A stretch of 64,000 nt of DNA from IMG/VR virus record IMGVR_UViG_2840908651_000002, positions 298-64,297 of that record, one strand, 5' to 3'. Made by a program: the position numbers and the translations under genes. Of the stretch, positions 18,050 through 27,669 are shown in pieces (within the stretch, counting starts at the first letter, position 1; every line of letters begins with the position of its first letter). The stretch is from a virus. Its lineage: Duplodnaviria; Caudoviricetes. The notes under the pieces are model-generated. The model had not been told where the DNA came from. It did no database searches and saw only the letters and a program-made list of their open reading frames with translations.

Positions 18050-19705
18050 TCAGGTGGATGAAGCCAGCGTGGCTTCGATTTCGGCTTGGTCGCGCAGGTG
18101 CTCGCAATTGGCCTTGACCAGCGCCATCGCCAAGGGCGGGCAGACGGAGTTGCCGCACATTCGGGTCTGTTCCGTCTTGGTCATTGGCCGACCATCCGGG
18201 GCGCGGTCGATGATGTAGCTGTCGGGAAAGCCCTGCGCGCGGAACTGCTCGCGCGGGGTGAGCATTCGCATGCCGATGTCGGTGATCGCGTAAGTCTGGC
18301 CGTCGATCTCGACCGTGACCAAGCCGAAGGTGTCACGGGTGCCGAGCGTGTGGAGCGGCCCGTCCGCGTCCTGGCCCAAGCCCTGACCGTAGTATTTCTG
18401 CAAGAACGCGGCGATGATCGCACCATGCTGCCCGCCTGCGGTCAGTGTCGGGTGCGGTGCGTCGATCGAGGCGCTGCGACGGGACGTTCCGTGCATATTC
18501 ATCAGGCTGGCCGCGACCACCTGCTGCTGCGTCCCGCGCGTGGTGAGTGTGCTCAGCGGCTCCGTGGCGGGGCGCCCGGCGTTCTTCTCCATCCTTGCAC
18601 CGGCATTGTGCTGGGCAAGGAAGGCCGCGACGAGGGCGTGCTTGCCCCCGCCTGCCACGAGCGTGCCGAGCGGCTTGTCGAGGCCCGGCACCCGCGGTTG
18701 CTGGCCGGGACGCTCGCCGTAGCCAGTTTGCACAAGCGTCGGCACGACCAAGCCGTGAGCATCGCGCGTAGCGGTCAGCGTCTTGAACGGCTCATCCAGA
18801 CCCTGACCACGAAAGTTCTCGCCTGAGTGATTGCAGGTCACGACAAACGGCTGCTTGGCCTCGACCACATAACGCATCACGCCGCGCGCGATCCGGCGCA
18901 GGGTTGCGTCTTTCAAAGGCCGCACCGCGCGCAGGCCGTGCTTTGCCATGATCTCGGCGCTGGTGTCGAAAATCGAGGGGCAGGGCAGGGACCAGTCAAT
19001 GATCTCTGCCGCCGTGCGCCACGGGTGTCGCGCACCCGCGATCACCTCGGCGCTGTCGGGGGCGCCGTGGGTCGGTTCCGGCCAGATGATCGGTCGACCG
19101 TCGCGACGGGCAATCACGAACAGGCGCTTGCGGATCGTCGGGGCGCCGTAGTCGCAGGCGCGAAGTTGGCGCCACTCGACCTTGTAGCCGAGGCGGCGCA
19201 GGCGGCGCACCCATTCGCGGAACGTCTCGCCCCGGCGCGTGATGTCGGGGCGGTTGTCGGGCGTGAGCGGGCACCAGTCCTGAAATTCCTCGACGTTTTC
19301 CAGCATGATCACATCGGGGCGCACGAGCTCGGCCCAATGCACCACGATCCATGCCAGATCGCGGATGTTCTTCTCTACAGGCTTGCCGCCCTTGGCTTTG
19401 GAGTGGTGTTTGCAGTCGGGGGAGAACCAGGCGAGGCCAACGCGCCGCCCGGGTGACACCACGTCGCGCGGGTCGATGGCGTAGATGCTGTTGATCAGGT
19501 GCCGGGTTTCGGGGTGGTTTACCTCGTGCATAGCCAGTGCGACCGGGTCGTGGTTGATCGCCACGTCCGGCCCGCGGCCAAGAGCCATCTCGATGCCGGT
19601 GCTCGCCCCGCCGCCCCCCGCGAAGCTGTCGATGATCATCGGCGGGCGAGGGTCGACCGGCGGCGCAGCAGGGGGGGTGTCGAGATTGCGCAGTGGCAGA
19701 GTCAT
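18050..19705 (-). CDS. C5 cytosine DNA methyltransferase
   Basis: DSFAGGGG, SPDC, LENV, R.RLF, R.LTPRE, GNSV. Confidence 0.95.
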   Translation of the reverse strand: MTLPLRNLDTPPAAPPVDPRPPMIIDSFAGGGGASTGIEMALGRGPDVAINHDPVALAMHEVNHPETRHLINSIYAIDPRDVVSPGRRVGLAWFSPDCKHHSKAKGGKPVEKNIRDLAWIVVHWAELVRPDVIMLENVEEFQDWCPLTPDNRPDITRRGETFREWVRRLRRLGYKVEWRQLRACDYGAPTIRKRLFVIARRDGRPIIWPEPTHGAPDSAEVIAGARHPWRTAAEIIDWSLPCPSIFDTSAEIMAKHGLRAVRPLKDATLRRIARGVMRYVVEAKQPFVVTCNHSGENFRGQGLDEPFKTLTATRDAHGLVVPTLVQTGYGERPGQQPRVPGLDKPLGTLVAGGGKHALVAAFLAQHNAGARMEKNAGRPATEPLSTLTTRGTQQQVVAASLMNMHGTSRRSASIDAPHPTLTAGGQHGAIIAAFLQKYYGQGLGQDADGPLHTLGTRDTFGLVTVEIDGQTYAITDIGMRMLTPREQFRAQGFPDSYIIDRAPDGRPMTKTEQTRMCGNSVCPPLAMALVKANCEHLRDQAEIEATLASST

Positions 19706-19902
19706 GTCCGTTCCCTCTCCAACCGTTCGATTTTCTCCCGCAGCCGCGCGTTCTCGGCGCGCAGCACCTCAATCGTCTCGGCTGGGCCACCAGGCTTACG
19801 GCTGTAGCGCCGCCATTCCGCCCGGCACTCGGGGCAGGCGCGCAAGCCGTCATCAGATTTCGGCTTGCCGCAGGCTGTGCATTCAGCGCTATGCACTATC
19901 AA
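19702..19902 (-). CDS. Small Cys-rich protein
   Basis: CTACG...CPEC plus coiled-coil tail. Confidence 0.6.
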   Translation of the reverse strand: MIVHSAECTACGKPKSDDGLRACPECRAEWRRYSRKPGGPAETIEVLRAENARLREKIERLERERT

Positions 19903-20288
19903 AACTCCCCCAGCGGCGTGGTGATGGGCTCAAGGCTGGACGCAGTGCCCCAGCCCATGAAGTGCGCGCGCCCGTCGCGATCACAGGCGTAGGCGCAGAC
20001 CGCGCGGACGCGATCCTCTGCCTCGCGGCGCGTCTGGTAGGGGCCTGCCATCATGTGCTCGCGCCCCGCATCGGTGGCGGTGACGTAGAAAAACCGCTCA
20101 GCCTCGGCGCGATCCCACGCATCCGCTCGCCAGATTGTCATCGAGCCGCGCGGGGTGTCGAATTTGATCGCGTCCTCGTCGTGCAGACGCCCAACCAGAT
20201 CGTCAGGAAGCCAGTTGTTGTCGCGCAGCAGGTCACCGGCAGAGATCGCCAGCGGCGCGCAGAATTGCTCGTGCAGAACCACGTCCAT
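19899..20288 (-). CDS. Hypothetical protein
   Basis: 129 aa with RBS. Confidence 0.65.
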   Translation of the reverse strand: MDVVLHEQFCAPLAISAGDLLRDNNWLPDDLVGRLHDEDAIKFDTPRGSMTIWRADAWDRAEAERFFYVTATDAGREHMMAGPYQTRREAEDRVRAVCAYACDRDGRAHFMGWGTASSLEPITTPLGEF

Positions 20289-20291
20289 CGC

Positions 20292-20879
20292 TCAGTCCTC
20301 CAATTTCTCGTTGTATTCGATCACTTCGATCTCGGTGCCGAATGGCACGGCCAGCACGAACAGGACGTGCAGGTCGTCGGGGCCGTAGCTGTGCCAGCCC
20401 CAATCCGCGGCGGTCTCGCTCAGGGCGAGGTCCTTCGCTTCTTCGGGCGTTCCTGTCGTGTGGCTCGACAGGTGGTGCGAGCCCTTGATCTCACCGAGCG
20501 CATCAAGCTCGCATACCGCGACGAGGTAGTGCTTCGTCATGGTCACGGTGCCGTTGTCGATGGCGCTCACCGAGATCACGCCCCCGGCCATCGCCTGCGC
20601 TGGTGCGCAGGTGGTGACCATCTCTGGTGCCGCCCGCTGCGCCTGTAATTCCTCGATATCGGCATAGGCGGGGCTCTCGTGTGTCACGGTGACAGCGCCG
20701 CCGTAGAGCGAAGGCTGAATGCCGTTAGGGCCGTAGGTGCGAACAAGGTCCTCCTGGACGACCTTTCCCAGCGCCGAGCTTCCGCTGCACGCGAGGCGCC
20801 AGCCAAGCTCGGTCTTGGTGGCCGACTGCATCGCGAGGTTCGTCGCGCGGCTCAATCCAATGATATCCATAGGGTCCAT
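20292..20879 (-). CDS. Hypothetical protein
   Basis: 195 aa in operon. Confidence 0.6.
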   Translation of the reverse strand: MDPMDIIGLSRATNLAMQSATKTELGWRLACSGSSALGKVVQEDLVRTYGPNGIQPSLYGGAVTVTHESPAYADIEELQAQRAAPEMVTTCAPAQAMAGGVISVSAIDNGTVTMTKHYLVAVCELDALGEIKGSHHLSSHTTGTPEEAKDLALSETAADWGWHSYGPDDLHVLFVLAVPFGTEIEVIEYNEKLED

Positions 20880-20898
20880 CCTTGCTGTTGGGGGTGGG

Positions 20899-21129
20899 TC
20901 AGGCGGCGTAAAAGACGAGCAGGTCGGCCTTGCGCTCTGCCCGGTGCTGGTTGGCGCGCAGGAGCCCGCACAGAAGCACCTCGCCGCACCGCGTGAGGCG
21001 GTCGCACAACTCGCCCCAAATCACCGCCGCGCGGCGATACTCGGCGATTGCCTGCCGCAGATCACCGGCATCGCGAGCCGCTTGGGCTGCGCGTTCGGCT
21101 GCGTAGGCATCAGCAGTGGTCTGTTCCAT
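20899..21129 (-). CDS. Hypothetical protein, first gene of the second leftward operon
   Basis: Start MEQTTA at 21129 after AAGGAGG. Confidence 0.65.
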   Translation of the reverse strand: MEQTTADAYAAERAAQAARDAGDLRQAIAEYRRAAVIWGELCDRLTRCGEVLLCGLLRANQHRAERKADLLVFYAA

Positions 21130-21156
21130 CCGAAGGCCCTCCTTGCTTCTCATCCG

Positions 21157-21190
21157 ATTGCAGGATGCAATATAATGCAACCGCAGTCAA
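21157..21190 (-). promoter_or_regulatory. Repressor-type promoter/operator of the second leftward operon
   Basis: Minus strand TTGACT-17-CATCCT; contains ATTGC-N5-GCAAT and a 12/14 match to the OR/OL 14-mer. Confidence 0.65.
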
Positions 21191-21375
21191 GTAAAGAGGC
21201 CAGCGCGAAAAGCAGTTTTTACAATCGCCAACAGGTTGCGTTTTTGGGGTGCCGGAGGGCCATCGTGCGCCAAAACAGGCAATATTCTGAAAAAAATCGG
21301 CAAGAATTTTTGCGTTAGTGACGTTCAAATTCGTCTCAAAGTTACACACCATAATTGTTTCACATGAAACACTTA

Positions 21376-21501
21376 GCAAAAGCGAACGGTTCGTTTTGGG
21401 CTAACCCAATCAAAACCATACCAGAACCAGAACCATAGTATATATCGAGACCTTACGGTCTCTCGTCGTCTGGCGACGACTCTCGACCCGATAACCCAAC
21501 A
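21376..21501 (+). repeat. Non-coding copy of the centre of the initiator gene; candidate replication origin
   Basis: 21376-21418 matches 13097-13139 at 36/43; 21465-21480 matches 13159-13174 at 14/16; GATAACCCAACA at both 21490 and 13121. Confidence 0.7.
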
Positions 21502-21584
21502 CCCGACACACCCTCTCGACTGGCCCTCTGGCCCTGTGCTATGAAATTGCACATCGCACCATCGCGCAGGCTCGGGCAGGGGTC

Positions 21585-22460
21585 ATGGCCACCAGGAAGC
21601 AAGCTCCATCCAAGACGAAGAAGGGAGCGGGGAAAGCCACGAAGAAGGCTGACGTCGCGCCATCCGGCTTGCCGTGGGGCCGCGAGCATTTCTGCCTCGA
21701 GTACGTCAAGGACGGCAACGCCACGCGATCCGCAATCGCCGCTGGATACTCCCGGAACAGCGCCAGCGAGCAGGGATATGATCTCCTCAGAAATCCTCAG
21801 ATCAAGGCTCGCATCGCCGAATTGCAGCGAGAGATCGCCCAGGAGCTCAAGATCGAGCACGCCGACATCCTCAAACGGATGTGGGACACCGCCACCGGAG
21901 ACCCCAACGATCTCGTCCGCGTCGAGCGCCGTTCATGCCGCTACTGCCACGGTGTCGACCACCAGTACCAATGGAAGACCGAGCGCGAATACCGCGACGC
22001 GGTCAACGCCTTCCTGCATGGTATCGCGGGCAATGATCACAAGGCCCTCATCGCCCTGGGCGAGGTGATCGACGCGGGCAACACCGTCCCGGGTATGCCC
22101 GACGACGAGGGTGGTTATGGGTACGACGCGACCGCTGCGCCATCGCTCGACTGCCCCGAGTGCTTCGGCGAGGGCGTTACCACCGTCCAGCTATCGGACA
22201 GCCGCGAGGCCATGTCACACCCGCTCTACGAGGGCGTGAAGCAGACCAAGGACGGCATCGAGGTCAAGATCGCCGACCGGGCCAAGGCGCTCGAGCAGGT
22301 CGCGCGGCACCTGTCGTTCTTCAAGGATGAGGTGAAGCTGGGCGCATCCGCCGAGCTCCTGGAAGCGGCGCGCAAGATCAACGCCGCGTCCCCGCCGCTC
22401 GATCCGGCCTACATGCGCGACAACGCGAGCCGCCTGATGGACGACGAGGGCGGTACATGA
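21585..22460 (+). CDS. Terminase small subunit
   Basis: F.LEYVKDGNATRSAIAAGYS..SA..QG..LL.NP.I; CRYCHG...CPECFGEG insert; ALEQVARHL. Confidence 0.92.
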   Translation: MATRKQAPSKTKKGAGKATKKADVAPSGLPWGREHFCLEYVKDGNATRSAIAAGYSRNSASEQGYDLLRNPQIKARIAELQREIAQELKIEHADILKRMWDTATGDPNDLVRVERRSCRYCHGVDHQYQWKTEREYRDAVNAFLHGIAGNDHKALIALGEVIDAGNTVPGMPDDEGGYGYDATAAPSLDCPECFGEGVTTVQLSDSREAMSHPLYEGVKQTKDGIEVKIADRAKALEQVARHLSFFKDEVKLGASAELLEAARKINAASPPLDPAYMRDNASRLMDDEGGT

Positions 22461-24118
22461 TGGCCGTGCAGGACGCACAACACACCCGCAAGGGCGCGTT
22501 TCCGGCGGAAATCGAAGCCGCAGCCGAGATCGCGCAGCTTCCCAACCCGCTGCCGCTCGACTACGAGCCCCGCGACACCACCGAGTTCCTGGCCTGCCTG
22601 AAAGACCCGCTCTGGCGCATCTGTTCGGGCCAGCTTTACAAGATCATGACCAAAAGCGACGAGCACCAGGAGGGCTCCGTCGTCCCGTTCCGGCCAAACA
22701 GGGCGCAACGGAGGTTCCTGGCCAAACTTCATACGCGAAACGTGATTTTGAAAGCCCGCCAATTGGGCTTCACGACCCTGATCGCCATCTATTTCCTCGA
22801 CCACGCGATCTTCAACGACGACCAGCGGTGCGGGATCATCGCCCACAGCCTCGAGGACGCGGGCGTGATCTTCCGCGACAAGGCGAAATTCGCCTACGAC
22901 CGCCTGCCGCAGATCGTCAAGGATCTCTATCCGCTCAAGAACAGCAACGAATCCGAGATGCTGTTCCACAACAACAGCGCCATGCGTGTGGCCGTCTCCA
23001 TGCGCTCAGGCACGATCCAGCGCCTTCACATCTCCGAGATGGGCAAGATCGCGGCCAAGTTCCCCCAGAAGGCCGAGGAAATCGTCAAGGGCTCGCTGCC
23101 CGCCGTTCCCGTCGATGGCATCGCCATCATCGAATCCACCGCTGAGGGTCAGGAAGGCAAGTTCTTCGACATCGCCGACCGGGCCGAGAAGCGCAGCCAC
23201 GATCCCACACCGCTTGGCCCCAAAGAGTTCAAGTTTCACTTCTTCCCGTGGTTCATCACCCCTGAATACGCCACCGATCCGCGCCACGTCCGCATCAGAC
23301 CCGAACAGCACGAGTATTTCGACAAGGTCGAGGCGGAAATGGGCGTGCGGCTCAAGCTGCCGCAGCGCGCATGGTATGTCACGACGCTCGAAAACGAGCA
23401 GGCGGGCGACAGCGAGGGCATGTGGCGGGAATACCCATCGACACCCGCCGAGTGCTGGATGCGCGGCACCGAGGGCATATGGTTCGCGCCCCAGCTCGCC
23501 CGCGCCCGCGCCGAAGGCCGCCTGTGCCCCATCCCGCATGTAAGCAACGTGCCGGTCCACACGTTCTGGGACATCGGGTCGGGCGACGGCACCGGCATCT
23601 GGGCCATGCAGGACGTCGGCACGCGCCATCGCTTCATCCGGTATTTCGAGGATTGGGCCAAGGGTTACAGCCACTACGTCAAGCTCCTGCGCGACACCGG
23701 CTGGCTCTTCGGCATCCACTACCTGCCGCATGATGCAACGCACGAGCGCCAGTTGGCCAACACCGTCGCTGCGCCGCTCTCCATGCTGCAAGAGCTTGCC
23801 CCTGACTGGCGCTTCAGGATCGTGCCGCGCGTGCCCGATCTCACACAAGGCATCAACATGACCCGCGAGGCGTTCGGCCAGTGCTGGTTCAACATCGACG
23901 GCTCGGGCGAGGACTGCGAGGCCGGTATTCGCCACCTCGATCTCTACAAGAAGAAATGGAACAGCCGCCTGGGCGTCTTCACCGACGAGCCCGAAAAGCT
24001 CGACGGGCACACCGAAGCCGCCGACTCGCTGCGCCAGTACGCGCAGGGCTACGATCCGGCCCACTTCAACGCACCAACCGCACCGAAACGACGCTCGAGG
24101 GGGGCGATGACGGCATGA
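22457..24118 (+). CDS. Terminase large subunit
   Basis: ILKARQLGFTT, HISE, IESTAEG, WDIG..D.T.IW, H.ADS.R. Confidence 0.93.
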   Translation: MMAVQDAQHTRKGAFPAEIEAAAEIAQLPNPLPLDYEPRDTTEFLACLKDPLWRICSGQLYKIMTKSDEHQEGSVVPFRPNRAQRRFLAKLHTRNVILKARQLGFTTLIAIYFLDHAIFNDDQRCGIIAHSLEDAGVIFRDKAKFAYDRLPQIVKDLYPLKNSNESEMLFHNNSAMRVAVSMRSGTIQRLHISEMGKIAAKFPQKAEEIVKGSLPAVPVDGIAIIESTAEGQEGKFFDIADRAEKRSHDPTPLGPKEFKFHFFPWFITPEYATDPRHVRIRPEQHEYFDKVEAEMGVRLKLPQRAWYVTTLENEQAGDSEGMWREYPSTPAECWMRGTEGIWFAPQLARARAEGRLCPIPHVSNVPVHTFWDIGSGDGTGIWAMQDVGTRHRFIRYFEDWAKGYSHYVKLLRDTGWLFGIHYLPHDATHERQLANTVAAPLSMLQELAPDWRFRIVPRVPDLTQGINMTREAFGQCWFNIDGSGEDCEAGIRHLDLYKKKWNSRLGVFTDEPEKLDGHTEAADSLRQYAQGYDPAHFNAPTAPKRRSRGAMTA

Positions 24119-24558
24119 GCGATGAACCCAACACACCCGTGATCGACCTCAGCTTGCGCCTCTGGCAGCGCACGCGAGGCGAAATCACCGTTATCGGGAC
24201 GTGGATACTCACGACCCGGCGCCCCTGCCTCGCGCTCGTGCCATCCCGGGCGCTGCCCACGCACGACCGGATCACGCCATGCCTCGTGCCGCTCGACATG
24301 GCCTTCGCATGGGACGAGCACACGGGCGATCCCGCCGACACCGCGGCGATGAGCTACCAGTTCGCCGCCGCTCTCGGGCTCAACCCGATGGAGCCACGCA
24401 ACGTCATCGCGGTCACCAGCATCGTGCGCGACAGCCTCGGCGATCTCCTGGCCATGCCGCCATTCCCCGAGGGAGAGAAGCAGGCCGTGGCCGATGTGCT
24501 GATCACCGATCCCAACACGGGCAAGACCACAGAAGCGGAGATCGTGGACAATGTTTGA
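24115..24558 (+). CDS. Hypothetical protein between terminase and portal
   Basis: ATG 24115 overlaps terL stop. Confidence 0.75.
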   Translation: MSDEPNTPVIDLSLRLWQRTRGEITVIGTWILTTRRPCLALVPSRALPTHDRITPCLVPLDMAFAWDEHTGDPADTAAMSYQFAAALGLNPMEPRNVIAVTSIVRDSLGDLLAMPPFPEGEKQAVADVLITDPNTGKTTEAEIVDNV

Positions 24559-26902
24559 GACCGACCGCGACAACGACGACGATCCGGCCAAGCGCAACCA
24601 GATCACGTTTCACGCTCCCAAATCCACCGACCCGATGGATCGCTACGATTTCGGCCAGGCGCCGGATGCGCAACAGGTGCAGCGGCTCCAACAGAGCCGA
24701 AACCTCGACGAAGGACGGCCCTACGAGCTCTTCAAGAACCTCATGGGTCACTATCGCCGTGAGATCGAGCGCCAGGGCAACAACCGCAACGAAATGGGGC
24801 TCGACGAGGACTTCTATGACGGCGACCAGTGGCGGGAGGAAGACAAGGCCGTGCTGGAATCGCGCGGACAGGCCCCGCTCGTCTACAACGTGATCTCGAC
24901 CACGGTAAACTGGATGCTCGGCACCGAGAAGCGGGGCCGCACGGACTACAAGATACTCCCACGTCAGGAGGAAGGCGGGAAGGCCGCCGAGCGCAAGAGC
25001 CAGCTTCTCAAGTACCTCTCGGACGTCAATCTCTCGGATTTCCACGTCAGCCGCAGCTTCAAGGACTGTGTCGTCTCCGGTCTTGGCTGGATCGAAAGCG
25101 GCGTGCAGGAGGATGACGAGGGCGAGGCTATCTATGATCGCTTCGAGACCTGGCGCAACATCCTCTTCGACAGCATGGCCACCGAGTCCGATCTGTCCGA
25201 CGGGCGCTACATCTTCCGCACCAAATGGACGGACGTCGATACCGCCAAGAGCATGTTTCGCGGGCGCGAAGACGTCATCGAGAAATCCGCCTCCACCAGC
25301 TTCGATCTCATGCGCAGCCTCGACGGGGCTGGCGACGAGCAGATGGACGCCGCCGAGGAAGAATGGAGCCAGACCAGCATCTACGGGGCCGCCGATGGTG
25401 CTGTTTCCGAGCGTGCCCGTGTGCGCCTCATCGAGGCATGGTTTCGCGTGCCGGTCGAAGATCGCTACATGCGCGGCGGCCAGTTCACGGGCGAGATATT
25501 CGACCCGCGCAGCCGCGGCCACATGGCCGACGTGGAGCGGGGCCGCGCGACCATCGTGAACAAGGTGCGGATGCGGATGCACGTCGCGATCATGGCCGAG
25601 GACGGGCTTCTCTACCTGTCCAAGTCGCCCTATCGCCACAACCACTTTCCGTTCACGCCGATCTGGTGCTACCGCAAAGGCCGAAATAACCTGCCCTACG
25701 GGGTGGTGCGCTCGATGCGCGGGCCGCAGGAGGACATCAACAAGCGCGCCTCCAAGGCCCTGCATATCCTCTCGTCCAACCGCGTGATCATGGATCGCGG
25801 CGCCGTGACTGATATGGACGCCTTCCAGGAAGAGCTTGCCCGCCCCGATGGCGTTCTGGTCAAGGAGCCCAACCACCACCTCGAAATTGCCGTCGATCGC
25901 GAGCTTGCTCCCGCGCACCTCGATCTCATGAGCCGGTCCATCGAAATGATCCAGCAGTTGAGCGGGATCACCGACGAGAACCTGGGCCGCACCACGAACG
26001 CCACGTCGGGCAAGGCGATCATCGCCCGGCAGGACCAGGGCGCGCTCGCCACCGCCTCGATCTTCGACAACCTGCGCCTTGCCCGGCAGATACACGGCTC
26101 CAAGATGCTCTCGCTCATGGAGCAGTTCATGACCGAGGAAAAGCGGTTCCGCATCACCAACATGCGCGGCAACGCCGAGTTCCTGAAGGTCAACGAGCCC
26201 GATCCCAACGCGCCTGACCAACTCCTGCCGGAGAGCGACATCGTCAGCACCAAGGCGGATTTCATCATCAGCGAGGACGACTGGAAAGCCACCATGCGGC
26301 AGGCGCAGGTCGAAGAGTTGTTCGAGATGATGACGCAGCTCGGGCAGACCAACCCCGAGCTTGTGCTGGTGGTGCTCGATCTCCTTGTGGAGACGATGGA
26401 CCTGCCCCAGCGCGAAGAGATCGTGAAGCGCATCCGCAAGCACACCGGTCAGGACGACCCGGACGCCGATCCGAACAATCCCGACCCCGAGACAATCGCA
26501 CGCCAGCAGGCTCAGGAAGAGCAGGCTCAGATGGAAAGACGTGCGGCAGAGGCGGAATTGGCCGACAAGGAGGCCAGCGCCGCCGAGAAGCGCGCCAAGG
26601 CCGAGAAGGTTGGCGCCGAGGGCGCCCGCGTCCTTGCGGAGATCCGACGCATCCTCGCCGAAACGGCCGGCGCGAACGTGGAAACGCAGGTCAAGGCACT
26701 CGAGGCCGCCGCCGCGATCATGAAGGCGCAGTCCGTCGCGGGGGTTGCCGATTCCATTCTCAGCGAGGCCGGATACCAGCCCGCCCCGGCGGGTGAGGGC
26801 CAGACCTCTCCTAACATGCCCGCCCCGGGCGCGCCGCAACCGCAACAGATGGCGCCGCCGCCGCAACAACAGCCTCAACTCCCGGTGCCGAGCGGCGCTT
26901 GA
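24551..26902 (+). CDS. P22-like portal protein
   Basis: DFYDGDQW...RGQAPLVYN; YGVVR.M..PQ..INKR; SG.AI.ARQ.QG; C-terminal coiled coil. Confidence 0.92.
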   Translation: MFETDRDNDDDPAKRNQITFHAPKSTDPMDRYDFGQAPDAQQVQRLQQSRNLDEGRPYELFKNLMGHYRREIERQGNNRNEMGLDEDFYDGDQWREEDKAVLESRGQAPLVYNVISTTVNWMLGTEKRGRTDYKILPRQEEGGKAAERKSQLLKYLSDVNLSDFHVSRSFKDCVVSGLGWIESGVQEDDEGEAIYDRFETWRNILFDSMATESDLSDGRYIFRTKWTDVDTAKSMFRGREDVIEKSASTSFDLMRSLDGAGDEQMDAAEEEWSQTSIYGAADGAVSERARVRLIEAWFRVPVEDRYMRGGQFTGEIFDPRSRGHMADVERGRATIVNKVRMRMHVAIMAEDGLLYLSKSPYRHNHFPFTPIWCYRKGRNNLPYGVVRSMRGPQEDINKRASKALHILSSNRVIMDRGAVTDMDAFQEELARPDGVLVKEPNHHLEIAVDRELAPAHLDLMSRSIEMIQQLSGITDENLGRTTNATSGKAIIARQDQGALATASIFDNLRLARQIHGSKMLSLMEQFMTEEKRFRITNMRGNAEFLKVNEPDPNAPDQLLPESDIVSTKADFIISEDDWKATMRQAQVEELFEMMTQLGQTNPELVLVVLDLLVETMDLPQREEIVKRIRKHTGQDDPDADPNNPDPETIARQQAQEEQAQMERRAAEAELADKEASAAEKRAKAEKVGAEGARVLAEIRRILAETAGANVETQVKALEAAAAIMKAQSVAGVADSILSEAGYQPAPAGEGQTSPNMPAPGAPQPQQMAPPPQQQPQLPVPSGA

Positions 26903-26919
26903 TCGCCCGGCATCACCAG

Positions 26920-26941
26920 CCTTGTCGCAAGATGTGAAAGG
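26920..26941 (+). promoter_or_regulatory. CGCA-NGA-UGYG leader hairpin occluding the RBS of 26950
   Basis: CCTT(G)TCGCA-AGA-TGTGA-AAGG. Confidence 0.6.
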
Positions 26942-26949
26942 AAACAGCG

Positions 26950-27423
26950 ATGGCATTTACCGCAGTACCGAAACTGGAAACCACCGCCGCAGGCAACAGC
27001 ACCGGCATTTCCATGTCCATGTCCGTGTCGCCCAAGGGGCGGCGTGCAACCGTGCGGATCACGCTCAATGCGGACGCCCAGAAGCGCCTGTTCAACCGTG
27101 CGCTCAACCCCGAGACGGACAAGGTTGACGTGCTGATCGGGCGCGGCGTCGATGAGGGCCATGCCAAGATCGTGCTGAACCCGAATGGCGCGCACCAAAT
27201 CCGCAACAGCATGAAGGGGTCGGTGTCGATCCGCATGGCGCGCTGGGACCTTCTGCCGGAAGGCAAGCGCCCCGCGGGCAGCGTGAAGCCGCTCGGTGAT
27301 GCCGAGATTGAGGGCGACAAGATCACCGCGCTCGTGCTCCTGCCCGATTGGGCCAGCCCGAAGAAGCGCGAGCGTGCCGCGGCAGACGCGAAGAGGGTCA
27401 ACGCCGGGGAGGCGCGGAGGTGA
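26950..27423 (+). CDS. Hypothetical beta-rich protein
   Basis: 157 aa, RBS AAGGA. Confidence 0.75.
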   Translation: MAFTAVPKLETTAAGNSTGISMSMSVSPKGRRATVRITLNADAQKRLFNRALNPETDKVDVLIGRGVDEGHAKIVLNPNGAHQIRNSMKGSVSIRMARWDLLPEGKRPAGSVKPLGDAEIEGDKITALVLLPDWASPKKRERAAADAKRVNAGEARR

Positions 27424-27665
27424 CGGACGACGACAAGATCGTCAGCCTGACCGGTGCGCCGCTGCACTTTTGCGGCACGCCGGGGCAGTTGTTCGACCTC
27501 AAAGAGGTTGTCGACGGGCTGGTCGAGAACGACGCGCAACAGGCCATCGTGATCGGACGCCTGCCCGACGGCAGGCTCTACGTCGGATCGACCCACAGCA
27601 CCGAGACCTGCTCCCTGCTTCTGGGGCAGGCGCAGCACTTCATCCACAAGCATTACGAGGTATGA
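27420..27665 (+). CDS. Hypothetical protein
   Basis: GTG start overlapping upstream stop. Confidence 0.65.
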   Translation: MTDDDKIVSLTGAPLHFCGTPGQLFDLKEVVDGLVENDAQQAIVIGRLPDGRLYVGSTHSTETCSLLLGQAQHFIHKHYEV

Positions 27666-27669
27666 GCAG

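Noticed and set aside
21157-21171. ATTGC-AGGAT-GCAAT as another Csr-type RNA hairpin
   Set aside because: Reads on the strand opposite the adjacent operon and fits the repressor operator palindrome ATTGC-N5-GCAAT better
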